DNA from: an uncultured delta proteobacterium
GTDB taxonomy: Bacteria; Desulfobacterota; Binatia; Binatales; Binataceae
Assembly: GCA_963711565.1 (NCBI GenBank)
Contig: CAVQEQ010000003.1
Location: forward strand, 1,440,001-1,504,000
Reading direction: 5' to 3'
Length of the DNA: 64,000 nt
In this document: positions 8,543 through 19,724 of the stretch, in pieces
Layout: each line of letters opens with the position of its first letter
Position numbering within the stretch: the first letter of the stretch is position 1
Notes under the pieces: generated by a model
Told to the model about the DNA's origin: nothing
Database searches by the model: none
What the model saw: the letters and a program-made list of their open reading frames with translations, nothing else
Program-made: the position numbers and the translations under genes

Positions 8543-9637
8543 CTAATTCAACACCGGTCCGTAAATGTTGAGTATGTTCGGCGACGGAGTTGGCGATGGC
8601 GTCATACTTGACGACGATGTGCCGGTCGGAGACGGCGTCGCGGAGATCGTCGGCGTCGCCGTCATAGTCGAGGACGACGTCGGAGTCATGCTCGGCGTCG
8701 CTGTGATGGTTAACGTTGGCGTCGCGGTCAGGGTTGCCGTGGCGGTTGCCGTTGGCGTCGCGGTCCGCGTCGCCGTGGATGTGGCGGTAGAGGTTGGCGT
8801 CGCAGTCATCGTCGTCGTGGCGGTTGCCGTCGGCGTCGGAGAGGTCACTGCAGTACCGAATGCGACGCCGCTGAGTTTTACCTTTTGCGGCGACTTTAGT
8901 GCGTCGTCGGCGATCTCCAGGCTTCCGCTCACCTTGGTTCCCCTGGATTTGCTTGCGCTGACCGGATTGAACGTCACTGAGACCTGGCAGTTGGAACTCG
9001 CGGCCAGCGAGCTGTCGCAGCTATTGGTTGTTATGGAGAACGGGCCCGAAGGCGTGATCGAGGTGATGGCCAATGCGACGGAATCAGGATTGCTCACGGT
9101 TACAGTTTTGGCGCTCGAGGCGGTATCGACGGCAACCTTGCCGAACGAGAGCGAAGACGGCTTGATCGCGATCTTTCCCGCCACCCCGGTCCCCGTCAAG
9201 GCGATCGATTTGAGGGTGGCATCGGCGGAATCGCCAATAACCAGGCTGGCCGACCTGGAGCCGAGCGCGGTGGGAGTAAAGGTCAGCGTCACGTCGCATC
9301 CGCTCCCGGGCGAGAGCGTCGCGGTGCAATTGGTGGTGGAGCTGAAGTCTCCCGGGTTGGCGCCGGTGATCTGAGAAGTCAATTCGGTGACGGTGGCCCC
9401 ATCTTTCGGATTCGAGATTTTAACCGTCTTGGTCGGGCTGGTTGCCCCGGTGACTCCGAACACCTCTTTCTTAAATTTGATCTTGTCAGGCGAAACCGTG
9501 AGACCTTTCGAGGCCGCCATGACCACCGACGCGGATGCTATGATGGTCAAAAGCGCGATGGGTACGATTATCGCGCCGGCGATCGCATAAACCGCGTGCG
9601 CTCGCCAACCAATCGGCCAACGAAATCGATTGTTCAA
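8543..9637 (-). CDS. Choice-of-anchor-D/ASH (Ig-like) two-domain secreted protein with Thr/Ala/Pro-rich tail
   Basis: Start is probably TTG 9637 (SD GGGAGG). Motifs NCTATLSPGSGCDVTLTFTP and NSCDSSLAASSNCQVSVTFNP; long (TA/TP)n tail. Confidence 0.8.
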   Translation of the reverse strand: MNNRFRWPIGWRAHAVYAIAGAIIVPIALLTIIASASVVMAASKGLTVSPDKIKFKKEVFGVTGATSPTKTVKISNPKDGATVTELTSQITGANPGDFSSTTNCTATLSPGSGCDVTLTFTPTALGSRSASLVIGDSADATLKSIALTGTGVAGKIAIKPSSLSFGKVAVDTASSAKTVTVSNPDSVALAITSITPSGPFSITTNSCDSSLAASSNCQVSVTFNPVSASKSRGTKVSGSLEIADDALKSPQKVKLSGVAFGTAVTSPTPTATATTTMTATPTSTATSTATRTATPTATATATLTATPTLTITATPSMTPTSSSTMTATPTISATPSPTGTSSSSMTPSPTPSPNILNIYGPVLN

Positions 9638-9650
9638 CCGACCCTCCCGC

Positions 9651-10107
9651 CTATCGAGTGCAAAGGAGCGCGTCGGCGTAGTTCTCGGCGGTGTTGATGA
9701 TCCGGACTTCGTGGTAAGAATTGTCGACAACCATCGCGAGCGGACAGCCTCCGGCCGGGTTAGTGATGAACAGATAGCCATTTCCTGCGGTGTTGAGACA
9801 ATAAGTACCGGATACGCTCGCGGCAAAGTCGCTGTAGGTGGTGGTGCCGCCCGAATCGTTGTTCTGTGCCTGGTTAACCACGGTGAAGTCTCCAGTACCG
9901 TTTAAGGTGACTACTGCCACACTGCTGCCGGAGACGTTGGAAGAATTGGTTTTGATCTCGACGCATACGTAGGTGCCGTCAAGATCGGCCAAGGTGGTGG
10001 AGGAGCTGGTCGAGCAGGAAGGAGTGGGCGAAGGGCACGTCTGGGCGTAGGCGCCTGCTGCCGTTGAACAGGAAAAAGACGGCAAACAAAAGCAGAATCT
10101 TCTTCAT
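9651..10107 (-). pseudogene. Small secreted 6-Cys protein with apparent +1 frameshift in the signal peptide
   Basis: ATG 10107 gives MKKILLLFAVFFLF, while the mature domain AYAQTCPSPTPSC... lies one frame over. Homologous to 7982-8539. Confidence 0.6.
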
Positions 10108-10234
10108 CAATTGGATCCCCTCCGCCACAATATGCGCACAGTACGCTCTGATACCAAAAAGGTTACAGAGCGCTATTATCTATCTGTAGGTCCTATAGGT
10201 CCCGTTTCGCCATTCGCAGCGCGCCGCGTTCAGA

Positions 10235-13200
10235 TCATTTCTTCGGCTCCTTGCCGGTGCCCTCGAGCGTGACGCTCTTGTCGTCATCCGACTCGAGGTT
10301 GGTGTCTATAGTGAGCTTGCCCTTGTACTTCATCGCGGCGGTCGGCGTGAAGATCACCGACACTTCGCAACTTCCCGGCGGCACATCCTTGGACTTCGGG
10401 CCGAGGTCGTCGTCGTTACAGGTCTGAGTGATGCTGAAGGGGCTCGTCACGCCCGATTCCATCTCGATCAGAATCGGCAGCGGGGTCTTTTTCTTTTTGA
10501 CCTTGCCCGCGTTGGTGACCTTGACCGACTTGACTTTGTCCGAGCCCACCTCGACATTGCCGAAGTTGAGTGACTTGGGCGAGATCTTAAGCTTGCCGGG
10601 GACCGGAGTCGGCGTTGCAGTTGGCGTCGCGGTGGCGGTCGCGGTGGCCGTCGCGGTTGCGGTTGGAGTCGGAGTCGCAGGCGTCGTGACTACGTTGAAG
10701 CCGTCCGACGCGCTCGATGCGACCAGCGAGCCGGTGCCGGCGAAGGTCGCGGACAACGTCTCTATACCGGCGCCGCTGGCGGTTATCGCGCAGGTCGCGA
10801 TACCTTGCGCGTTGGTCGCGGCCTCGCACGTCTGGCCGCAGACCGAGAAGTTGATCGTCTCGCCAGAGAGCGCTGTGGCCGGGTTCTGCGACACGTCCGT
10901 AAGCGACGCGATCAGGTTGACGGTCTGTCCCTGGATCGCGCCTTTCGGACTTTGATTTAGGCTCATGAAGGTCACATCCGAGCCCGCACCCCAGGTTACC
11001 AGCGCCGGTGAGGACGTAACCACGTTGCTACTAATCGTCGTGGTGGCCGTCACGTTGTCGATTCCCTCGTGAGCGCCGACATAGCTGAACGACGCATCGC
11101 CGCTCGCGTTGGTATTGGCGACGCCGATGGTCGGATTTGCCCCTGTCACAGAAAATTTCACCGGAGTCCCGGCCGTGACGGAGCCGAAGTGCACGGAAGC
11201 CGTCAGCGTCTGCGTGGTGCCCTGCGCCGGGTTGGGCGAGACCGTAGACGGCGCCAGCACGATCGACGGCGTCGTGAGGTTGGTCGCGTAAGTGCAATCG
11301 CCCACAGTGTCTGTGATTCTGAACACCGCATTGCCATCGGCGAGATACACGCAACCGTCGGGACCGAAGACCGTAATCAGAGCCTGGATGCCGACGTTGC
11401 TGTTCGCCAACAGGGCGCCCGCGCTGGGCGGACTAGTGGTGAGATCGAACGTCCCCAGCCCGCTGTTGTTGGGGTTGATAGCCAGACTGCCCGAGATCAG
11501 ATACTGCGCGCCGCCGCCCGCAGCGGTTCCCGCCGCCAGCAGGATATCGTCGGCCGCATTGATGCTGGAAAGCGTCGTGACCGTTGCCGGTTGGGTGGTG
11601 TTGGTGCCGCCGACTTCCACCACGGTGCCGGCGTAGTCGCCGCTGAACTGGGTGCCGCCGAATGTGTAGATGGTTCCGTCGGGCGCGAAGGTGATCTGGT
11701 AGTTGCCCTGGGTGGGCAGCGTCGCGTAGCTCGAGAGGGTGGCGCTGCCACTGCCGGGATTGGAGATCCGGTACAGTGTGTTACTCCCAGACGGTCCCTC
11801 GCACGCATCATTCACGAACAAGTCGCCGGAGATCGGATCGGCCGCCATGTCCTCCGCGCAAGGGATACCCGTCACCACGGTGCCGACCACCGTGCCGTTC
11901 GACGGGTCGAGCTCGATGACACCGCCGGTGCTGGTGCCGCCGGTGGTTGCGCCCTGCGCCGCGTAGAGATTTCCGCCCTCGTACACCAACTGTCCCACTG
12001 CGGAGCCGAGCGTGCTGTTGAGCAGGGTGCTTGGGCCAGCTACCCCACCGCCCGAAGGAAGCTTGTAGATATCGCCGGTTGGCAAGTCGGACACGTAGAT
12101 ATTGCCCGAGGTGTCGAACGCGATTCCACCTGCGCCCGGGCAGCCCCCGAAGTTCACCTGGCCGTCGCCATAGGAGAAGTTGTTCGCCTGCAGGCCGGTC
12201 ACGTATGGAGTTACCACGTATCCTGAGGCCGCGATCGGGGTGCCGTTGGCGCATCCCGACTCAGGCCCATCGCTGAAGGTCACCTGAGTGGTTGCAGGGA
12301 ACGGCAGGTTGCCATCGGTCACGTCGGTTGCGCTGTAGGTCACAGTTTCGTTGTTGGTGTCGGTCGCGGTGAACACGACCTGTCCGCTGCTGTTGGTGAC
12401 GGGCGGGTTGGGTCCGGTGATGGTTGAGCTGCCGGTCTGATTAAGCTGAATGAGCTTGCCCGGCGATGGACGCGAGAGCGAATCCTCGAGCGTGACCGTG
12501 ATCTCGGTGGTGGTCACGCCGTCGGCAGTCACGGTGGTCGGGAACGCGCCAATACCGGCACTGGTCGCCGGCGGCGTTACGAACTGGATAACCGGTGTTT
12601 CGGCAAGCGTTTCGGTGTCGGTCGTGTCGGTTGCCGTTAGCGTGGGGCTCTCGACCGTAGAATCTGTCACCTGAAACTCGGCATTGCCGTCGCCGTCTGA
12701 TGTTGCGCTGGGTGGAGTGATACTGGCATGACTGCCCGAACTCGCGGTCAGTGAAACGGTCTTACCGCTGACCGGAAAATCGTTGGCGTCGCGCAAGAGT
12801 ACCTGCACTGTTCCAGAGCTGGTCCCATCGGCCGGGACACTGCCGTCCGGATTACCGCCGGCAGCCACCGCGGTGGAACCAGTCGTGCTGACGGCGCCGA
12901 GTGTCTCGCCACTGAGCGCCAGCCTTAGCTGGAGAAAGTCGGGCGAGCCGAGGCCGACATGCGCGAAGTCGGTGCCCATGCTGGCCGGACTATGGAACGC
13001 GTCGGTGCCCGCGAGCGGGTACAGAAATATGTTTGCGTTCGCGAGGTTGGTACCAAGCATCGCATTGAGCTCGGCTGCGAACGCCGCCCACTCCGGCGCC
13101 GCCATGCTGGTGCCGCCGAAGCGAAGCCCGCTCGGACAACCACCGTCATCGGCCTGGCAAATGAGAAGACCTTGCGCCGGGTCGGCATCAACCGCCACGT

Positions 13201-14842
13201 CGGGCACCGAACGCATCGCAGACAATCCAGTCTGATACGCAGGCGCGGTAAAAAATTTGCTGACGCCGAAGCCGCCCTGCCCGGTCGGCGGCGTGGCGTC
13301 CGTGCCGTTCCACCACGTTTCGCTGCCATAGGTCAGGCCGGGTCCGGGTGTCGGCGTGGTGCCGCCGACCGCCGTGGCGTTCGGCGAGTCTGCCGGCACT
13401 CCAATTGTATTGGGACTGCCGTCGAGGCAAGTGCTGCCTGAGTCGCCGGTGCCGTTGAAGACGCTGATCCCGCCGGCGGCAGCGGTCTGCAAGACTGAAT
13501 CGATACTGTTAGCTTCGGCTGACGTCGTCTGATCCTCGCATTGCGACCATGAGTTGCTGATGACGGTGTCGCCGTCGTCGATCATGGCGTTGAACATCGT
13601 CTCGAAACTCGTGCTGCTCGGACCTTCGTACACGACGTAATTAACGTTGGGCAGTGGCGCCAGCAACATCACGATGTCCGTATCGAGCAGGACCTCCGAC
13701 TCGTAGGGTCCGGGCGTTGCGACGCCGCCGTTAACCGGCTCTTCGCTGAGCTGTCCGAATGTCGCACCGCCCCCGAACACGGCCAGCCAGTTCGAGACGT
13801 CGCTGGGCTGGAAAGTGTCGAACTCGAGCAAGCCAATTTTCTGCGGATTCGAAGTTGGGTCGGTTTCAGGCGAGCTCTTCACGGTGCCCGACTTCGCGGA
13901 AGGACGGGCAGCGCCGCCGAGGCCGATTACCTTGGCGAATGCGGCGCACTGCGGGTTGCGAACCCACATCGTCGGGTCGATCATCCCTGCAACGTCGCAG
14001 GTGATAAGAGAGGCGGAGGTGGCTGCTATCATGCCGCCGCAGATCATTTGAGAGATCGGATTCAGCGCGTTCAAAGCTGTCAGCGCGGACAAATCTATCC
14101 CCGCGATAACCGCGAAGTTGGCGATCAACGTCGGGATCAATCCGGTGCCCGACTTGACCGTACTGACGAGGCCACAGGCGGTAAGTGTCCACTGCAGATC
14201 GGGCGTGACATTAGGCGTCAGCCCACCGAAGTCGTCAGCGATAGCTGGTTGCTCGACGTGGCGGGCCGGATAGGCGAGATTGGAGAGCCCGGCGATCGCT
14301 TCGATGCGAGGCGCGAGCCTGGGCGGAACGGCCTGCGCCTGATCGTTGGCGAAGAAGGTTCGGTCCTGAATTCGGTAGTCGTGAAGATTTACCTCGAACG
14401 ATCTCTCTGCTTGCGCTCGCGTGCCGCGCATCGTGAGCGTGAGGCGGTTCTTCGAGCCGCGCTCGAGCCTGAATCCGTTCGACCTCATCCAGTGCAGAAC
14501 GGAATCGTAATCCGCCCGGCTAGGGCCGAAGCGATCTGCAATCTGTCGCTGTGTCAGGAAGTGATGAAAGCTGGGCGACTTGGGATCGTAGAGATCATGC
14601 AGGAAGCGGTCGAAGCCCGGCTGGTCGTCGTGCTTGAGGACGAGCGTCAGAGTGATGGGCGCGTTGTTCCTTTTGGTGCTCGAAGGAACAATCGTCGCCT
14701 TCGAGAGCGCGGGCAGCACATGTCCCGGCAGCCGAACCGCCGTGGCCGAGGCGTTAGAATTTTCGCTTGCTCTCGTTATAGATGGGCTAGACAGAAGAAT
14801 TGAAGCGAACGACAGTACCAAGCACAAACGCATCCCAGACAT
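10235..14842 (-). CDS. Large multidomain S53 (sedolisin/kumamolisin) peptidase with prodomain, Big-1 repeats, beta-propeller-like region, PT linker and C-terminal ASH domain
   Basis: Prodomain (SPSFHHFLT...RFGPS); catalytic EVLLD, GTGDSG, RSVPDVA, GGTSMAAP; Big-1 motifs (ADGTSSGT, ADGVTTT). Confidence 0.9.
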   Translation of the reverse strand: MSGMRLCLVLSFASILLSSPSITRASENSNASATAVRLPGHVLPALSKATIVPSSTKRNNAPITLTLVLKHDDQPGFDRFLHDLYDPKSPSFHHFLTQRQIADRFGPSRADYDSVLHWMRSNGFRLERGSKNRLTLTMRGTRAQAERSFEVNLHDYRIQDRTFFANDQAQAVPPRLAPRIEAIAGLSNLAYPARHVEQPAIADDFGGLTPNVTPDLQWTLTACGLVSTVKSGTGLIPTLIANFAVIAGIDLSALTALNALNPISQMICGGMIAATSASLITCDVAGMIDPTMWVRNPQCAAFAKVIGLGGAARPSAKSGTVKSSPETDPTSNPQKIGLLEFDTFQPSDVSNWLAVFGGGATFGQLSEEPVNGGVATPGPYESEVLLDTDIVMLLAPLPNVNYVVYEGPSSTSFETMFNAMIDDGDTVISNSWSQCEDQTTSAEANSIDSVLQTAAAGGISVFNGTGDSGSTCLDGSPNTIGVPADSPNATAVGGTTPTPGPGLTYGSETWWNGTDATPPTGQGGFGVSKFFTAPAYQTGLSAMRSVPDVAVDADPAQGLLICQADDGGCPSGLRFGGTSMAAPEWAAFAAELNAMLGTNLANANIFLYPLAGTDAFHSPASMGTDFAHVGLGSPDFLQLRLALSGETLGAVSTTGSTAVAAGGNPDGSVPADGTSSGTVQVLLRDANDFPVSGKTVSLTASSGSHASITPPSATSDGDGNAEFQVTDSTVESPTLTATDTTDTETLAETPVIQFVTPPATSAGIGAFPTTVTADGVTTTEITVTLEDSLSRPSPGKLIQLNQTGSSTITGPNPPVTNSSGQVVFTATDTNNETVTYSATDVTDGNLPFPATTQVTFSDGPESGCANGTPIAASGYVVTPYVTGLQANNFSYGDGQVNFGGCPGAGGIAFDTSGNIYVSDLPTGDIYKLPSGGGVAGPSTLLNSTLGSAVGQLVYEGGNLYAAQGATTGGTSTGGVIELDPSNGTVVGTVVTGIPCAEDMAADPISGDLFVNDACEGPSGSNTLYRISNPGSGSATLSSYATLPTQGNYQITFAPDGTIYTFGGTQFSGDYAGTVVEVGGTNTTQPATVTTLSSINAADDILLAAGTAAGGGAQYLISGSLAINPNNSGLGTFDLTTSPPSAGALLANSNVGIQALITVFGPDGCVYLADGNAVFRITDTVGDCTYATNLTTPSIVLAPSTVSPNPAQGTTQTLTASVHFGSVTAGTPVKFSVTGANPTIGVANTNASGDASFSYVGAHEGIDNVTATTTISSNVVTSSPALVTWGAGSDVTFMSLNQSPKGAIQGQTVNLIASLTDVSQNPATALSGETINFSVCGQTCEAATNAQGIATCAITASGAGIETLSATFAGTGSLVASSASDGFNVVTTPATPTPTATATATATATATPTATPTPVPGKLKISPKSLNFGNVEVGSDKVKSVKVTNAGKVKKKKTPLPILIEMESGVTSPFSITQTCNDDDLGPKSKDVPPGSCEVSVIFTPTAAMKYKGKLTIDTNLESDDDKSVTLEGTGKEPKK

Positions 14843-15081
14843 CGCAACCCCCGTGTCACTTTGGAATCCCGAGCTTCGATATGCATCGACTCATTTAAAC
14901 TCGCATTGACACTGGCCTTATTGCAAACGCAAAGTACGAGTCCGGATTTGAGCTCAAGCCGGACTAATCCGGCTGATGTCGGGGTCATTCAGGCTCCGAG
15001 GCTCCAAGAAAGCAGAGCGGCAAAAGCTCGCCCTCTCCGCGCTTGCGCCACGAGGCGACCGCGTGTATTCGATGCGTCGAG

Positions 15082-16369
15082 ATGGCCAAGTCTGATTCAA
15101 TCGTCGCGTCGGGCGTTGACGCGGCCCGGGCGCGGCGACCTGCGATCATCGATCGCTTCGCGCGCGGCGCGGTTCTCAGCCTGGCTGGCCGGGATCAAAA
15201 CCGGGCGTATCGTGATTGAAGACGGCGGCGAGCGCATCCCATTCGGCCAGGATTTATCCGCCGCCGATTTGCGCGCCACCATCCGCGTTCACGACCGCCG
15301 CTTCTATTCCGATCTCGCGCTCGCGGGCAGCATGGGCGCGGGCGAGGCGTACATGGCAGGCTCGTGGACGACCGACGACCTGACCGCGCTCGTGCAGATC
15401 ATGATTCGCAACCGCGACGTGATGGAGGGCATCGACGGCGGCCTCGCGCGGCTGGCCAATCCGGTCCGCCGCTTCCTCCACTACTTAAATCGCAACACCA
15501 GGACCGGCAGCGAGCGCAACATCGCGGCGCATTACGATCTCGGCAACGATTTCTTCGAGCTGATTCTCGATCGCACGCTGATGATGTACTCGTGCGCGAT
15601 CTTCGAGCGTCCCGACGCCACGCTCGAGGAAGCGGCGACGGCCAAGGTCGATCGCATCTGCCGCAAGCTCGATCTGCGCACACACGATCATCTGATCGAG
15701 ATCGGCACCGGATGGGGCGGGTTTGCGATTCATGCGGCCAAGAACTACGGATGCCGGGTCACGACCACCACGATTTCGTGCGCGCAGCACGACTACGCCG
15801 TCAAGCGAATCGCCGCCGAAGGCTTGTCGGAGCGAATCACCGTGCTGTTCAAGGACTACCGCGATCTGAACGGCCAGTTCGACAAGGCCGTTTCGATCGA
15901 GATGATCGAAGCGGTCGGGCATCACTTTCTCGATTCATATTTCCGCAAATGCGGCGAGCTGCTGAAGCCCGACGGCATGATGCTGTTGCAAGCGATTACG
16001 ATCGCCGACCGCGAGTACGAGGGCGCGACCAGGCGCGTCGATTTCATCAAGAAGTACATCTTCCCCGGCAGCTTCATCCCGTCGGTCACGGCGCTGTGCG
16101 ATTCGATCACGCGCTCGAGCGACCTGCGCCTGTTCCATCTCGAAGATCTTACGCCCAACTACGCCGAGACCCTGAAGAACTGGCGGCTCCGGATGTTCAA
16201 GAATATCGAACGCGTGCGCGCGCTCGGCTATCCCGAAGAATTCATCCGCATGTGGGAGTTCTATCTCTGCTACTGCGAGGGCGGGTTCCGCGAGCGCTAC
16301 ATCGGCGACGTGCAGATGCTGTTGACGAAACCGGATTCCCGCCGCGCCCCAATCCTGCCGCGCCTGTAA
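15082..16369 (+). CDS. Cyclopropane-fatty-acyl-phospholipid synthase family SAM methyltransferase (apparent frameshift near 15184)
   Basis: NIAAHYDLGNDFF, MMYSCA, LIEIGTGWGG, SIEMIEAVG, FIKKYIFPG. The natural-looking N-terminus from ATG 15082 is out of frame with the body. Confidence 0.85.
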
Positions 16370-16388
16370 GCTCTAGCGAATGGGATTT

Positions 16389-16513
16389 ACCTCTCCCCGC
16401 GGGAGAGGTCGTGCGGCGACACTTGTGTCGCGCACGGGTGAGGGTGCGAAGATCGAGCTGGATGCCGGCGCCCTCACCCGCGCCGGAGCGCGTCCTCTCC
16501 CGGTGGGAGAGGT
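16389..16513. repeat. REP/REPIN-like composite palindromic element
   Basis: Two inverted units of CCCTCACCC-(hairpin)-CCTCTCCC-nnn-GGGAGAGG. Confidence 0.7.
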
Positions 16514-16557
16514 ATAGGACTGCCATTCGTGCTGCAGTTTGAGGAGCTGGCTGTCGC

Positions 16558-16597
16558 TTGACAACAGCGATAACTAGATGGTAATGACTATCATCTA
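16558..16597 (+). promoter_or_regulatory. Sigma70-like promoter overlapped by Fur/Per-type palindrome
   Basis: TTGACA at 16558, then the palindrome TAGATGGTA-ATGAC-TATCATCTA (16575-16597) immediately before the fur/perR ATG. Confidence 0.7.
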
Positions 16598-16601
16598 AAT
16601 A

Positions 16602-17105
16602 ATGGAACTACAGCTCGTAAATGAAAGGCGCCGCGGTCCTTACGCGGCCAAGCGCCTGGCCGAGTTCGCCGGGCGATGCCGCCGGGGCGGACTCGCGGTC
16701 ACGCCTCAGCGCCTCGCGATCATCAAGGCGCTGCTCGGCTCGGGCGAGCATCCGCGCGCCGACGCGATCTTCGCAAAGGTCCGGCTGGAACATCCGCATA
16801 TCTCGCTCGCCACTGTGCATCGCACACTCGAAACGCTGTGCGACATCGGCGAGGCGCGCAAGGTCACGATGCTGCACGACAGCGCGCGCTACGACGGCAA
16901 TATCACGCCGCATCATCATGTGGTGTGCGTCAAATGCCGGCGCATCCGCGATATCGAGATTCCGCATCTCGATCGCCTGCTTGCGGGACGGTCGGAGCTG
17001 GGCGAGTTCACGGTGATTGGATCGACGCTGGAGATTCATGCGCTGTGCGAGGAATGCGGCGCCAGGCGCTCGAAGGCGAAGCGGATCGGAAAGTCCCGCG
17101 GCTGA
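16602..17105 (+). CDS. Fur-family regulator (PerR/FurA-like)
   Basis: TPQRLAI, HPRAD, SLATVHRTL, HHHVVCVKC and CEEC; directly upstream of katG. Confidence 0.93.
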   Translation: MELQLVNERRRGPYAAKRLAEFAGRCRRGGLAVTPQRLAIIKALLGSGEHPRADAIFAKVRLEHPHISLATVHRTLETLCDIGEARKVTMLHDSARYDGNITPHHHVVCVKCRRIRDIEIPHLDRLLAGRSELGEFTVIGSTLEIHALCEECGARRSKAKRIGKSRG

Positions 17106-17120
17106 CTTCAAACCAACTAA

Positions 17121-19331
<2,211 letters not shown>

Positions 19332-19340
19332 GATCTCAGC

Positions 19341-19376
19341 GGAGCGGCGTTTCAAGTTATTTTGAAACGCCGCTCC
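19341..19376 (+). terminator. Hairpin after katG
   Basis: GGAGCGGCGTTTCAA-6nt-TTGAAACGCCGCTCC, a perfect 15-bp stem with no strong U tract. Confidence 0.65.
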
Positions 19377-19537
19377 CGCGTCTTGCCCTCGTGATCCCCA
19401 GGTCGCATCAGCTATCTGGATCGAAGGACAAAATCCTAAGCTCTCGTTGTCCGAGAGAGCTTTGCACAACTTGGCTGGACGCACGCAGGCAGAAACAGAA
19501 TCTTGAACCGCGCGCAGAAGAGCGCGCTGCATAAGGA

Positions 19538-19599
19538 CCCTCACCCTTCGGCAGGCTCAGGGCAGGCTCCTCGATCCTGTCCCATTCTGGGAGAGGGGA
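19538..19599. repeat. REP-like element (same family as 16389-16513)
   Basis: CCCTCACCC...CCTGTCCC-ATTCT-GGGAGAGG with internal CTTCGGCAGGCTCAGG. Confidence 0.55.
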
Positions 19600-19663
19600 A
19601 AGGCGTCGCGCAGTGACCGCAAAGGTCTCTCGGACATTGGCGAGCCGGGCGATCTCGAAGGGC

Positions 19664-19706
19664 AGAAAGACGAACGCCGAATCCGGTTGTCCGGATTCGG
19701 CGTTCG
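19664..19706 (-). terminator. Intrinsic terminator for 19725-21314
   Basis: 16-bp perfect stem CGAACGCCGAATCCGG/CCGGATTCGGCGTTCG followed by TCTTTCT on the minus strand. Confidence 0.75.
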
Positions 19707-19724
19707 ACGTTTGGTTTCTACCAG

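Noticed and set aside
8565-8850. Short-period GGCGTCGC/GTTGCCGT repeats resembling an array
   Set aside because: These are codons of a Thr-Ala/Thr-Pro linker, with no repeat-spacer structure; the same applies to 10600-10690.
9638-9826. N-terminal extension of the 427-aa track ORF
   Set aside because: It overlaps the upstream gene; TTG 9637 has a good SD and precedes the signal/TM segment.
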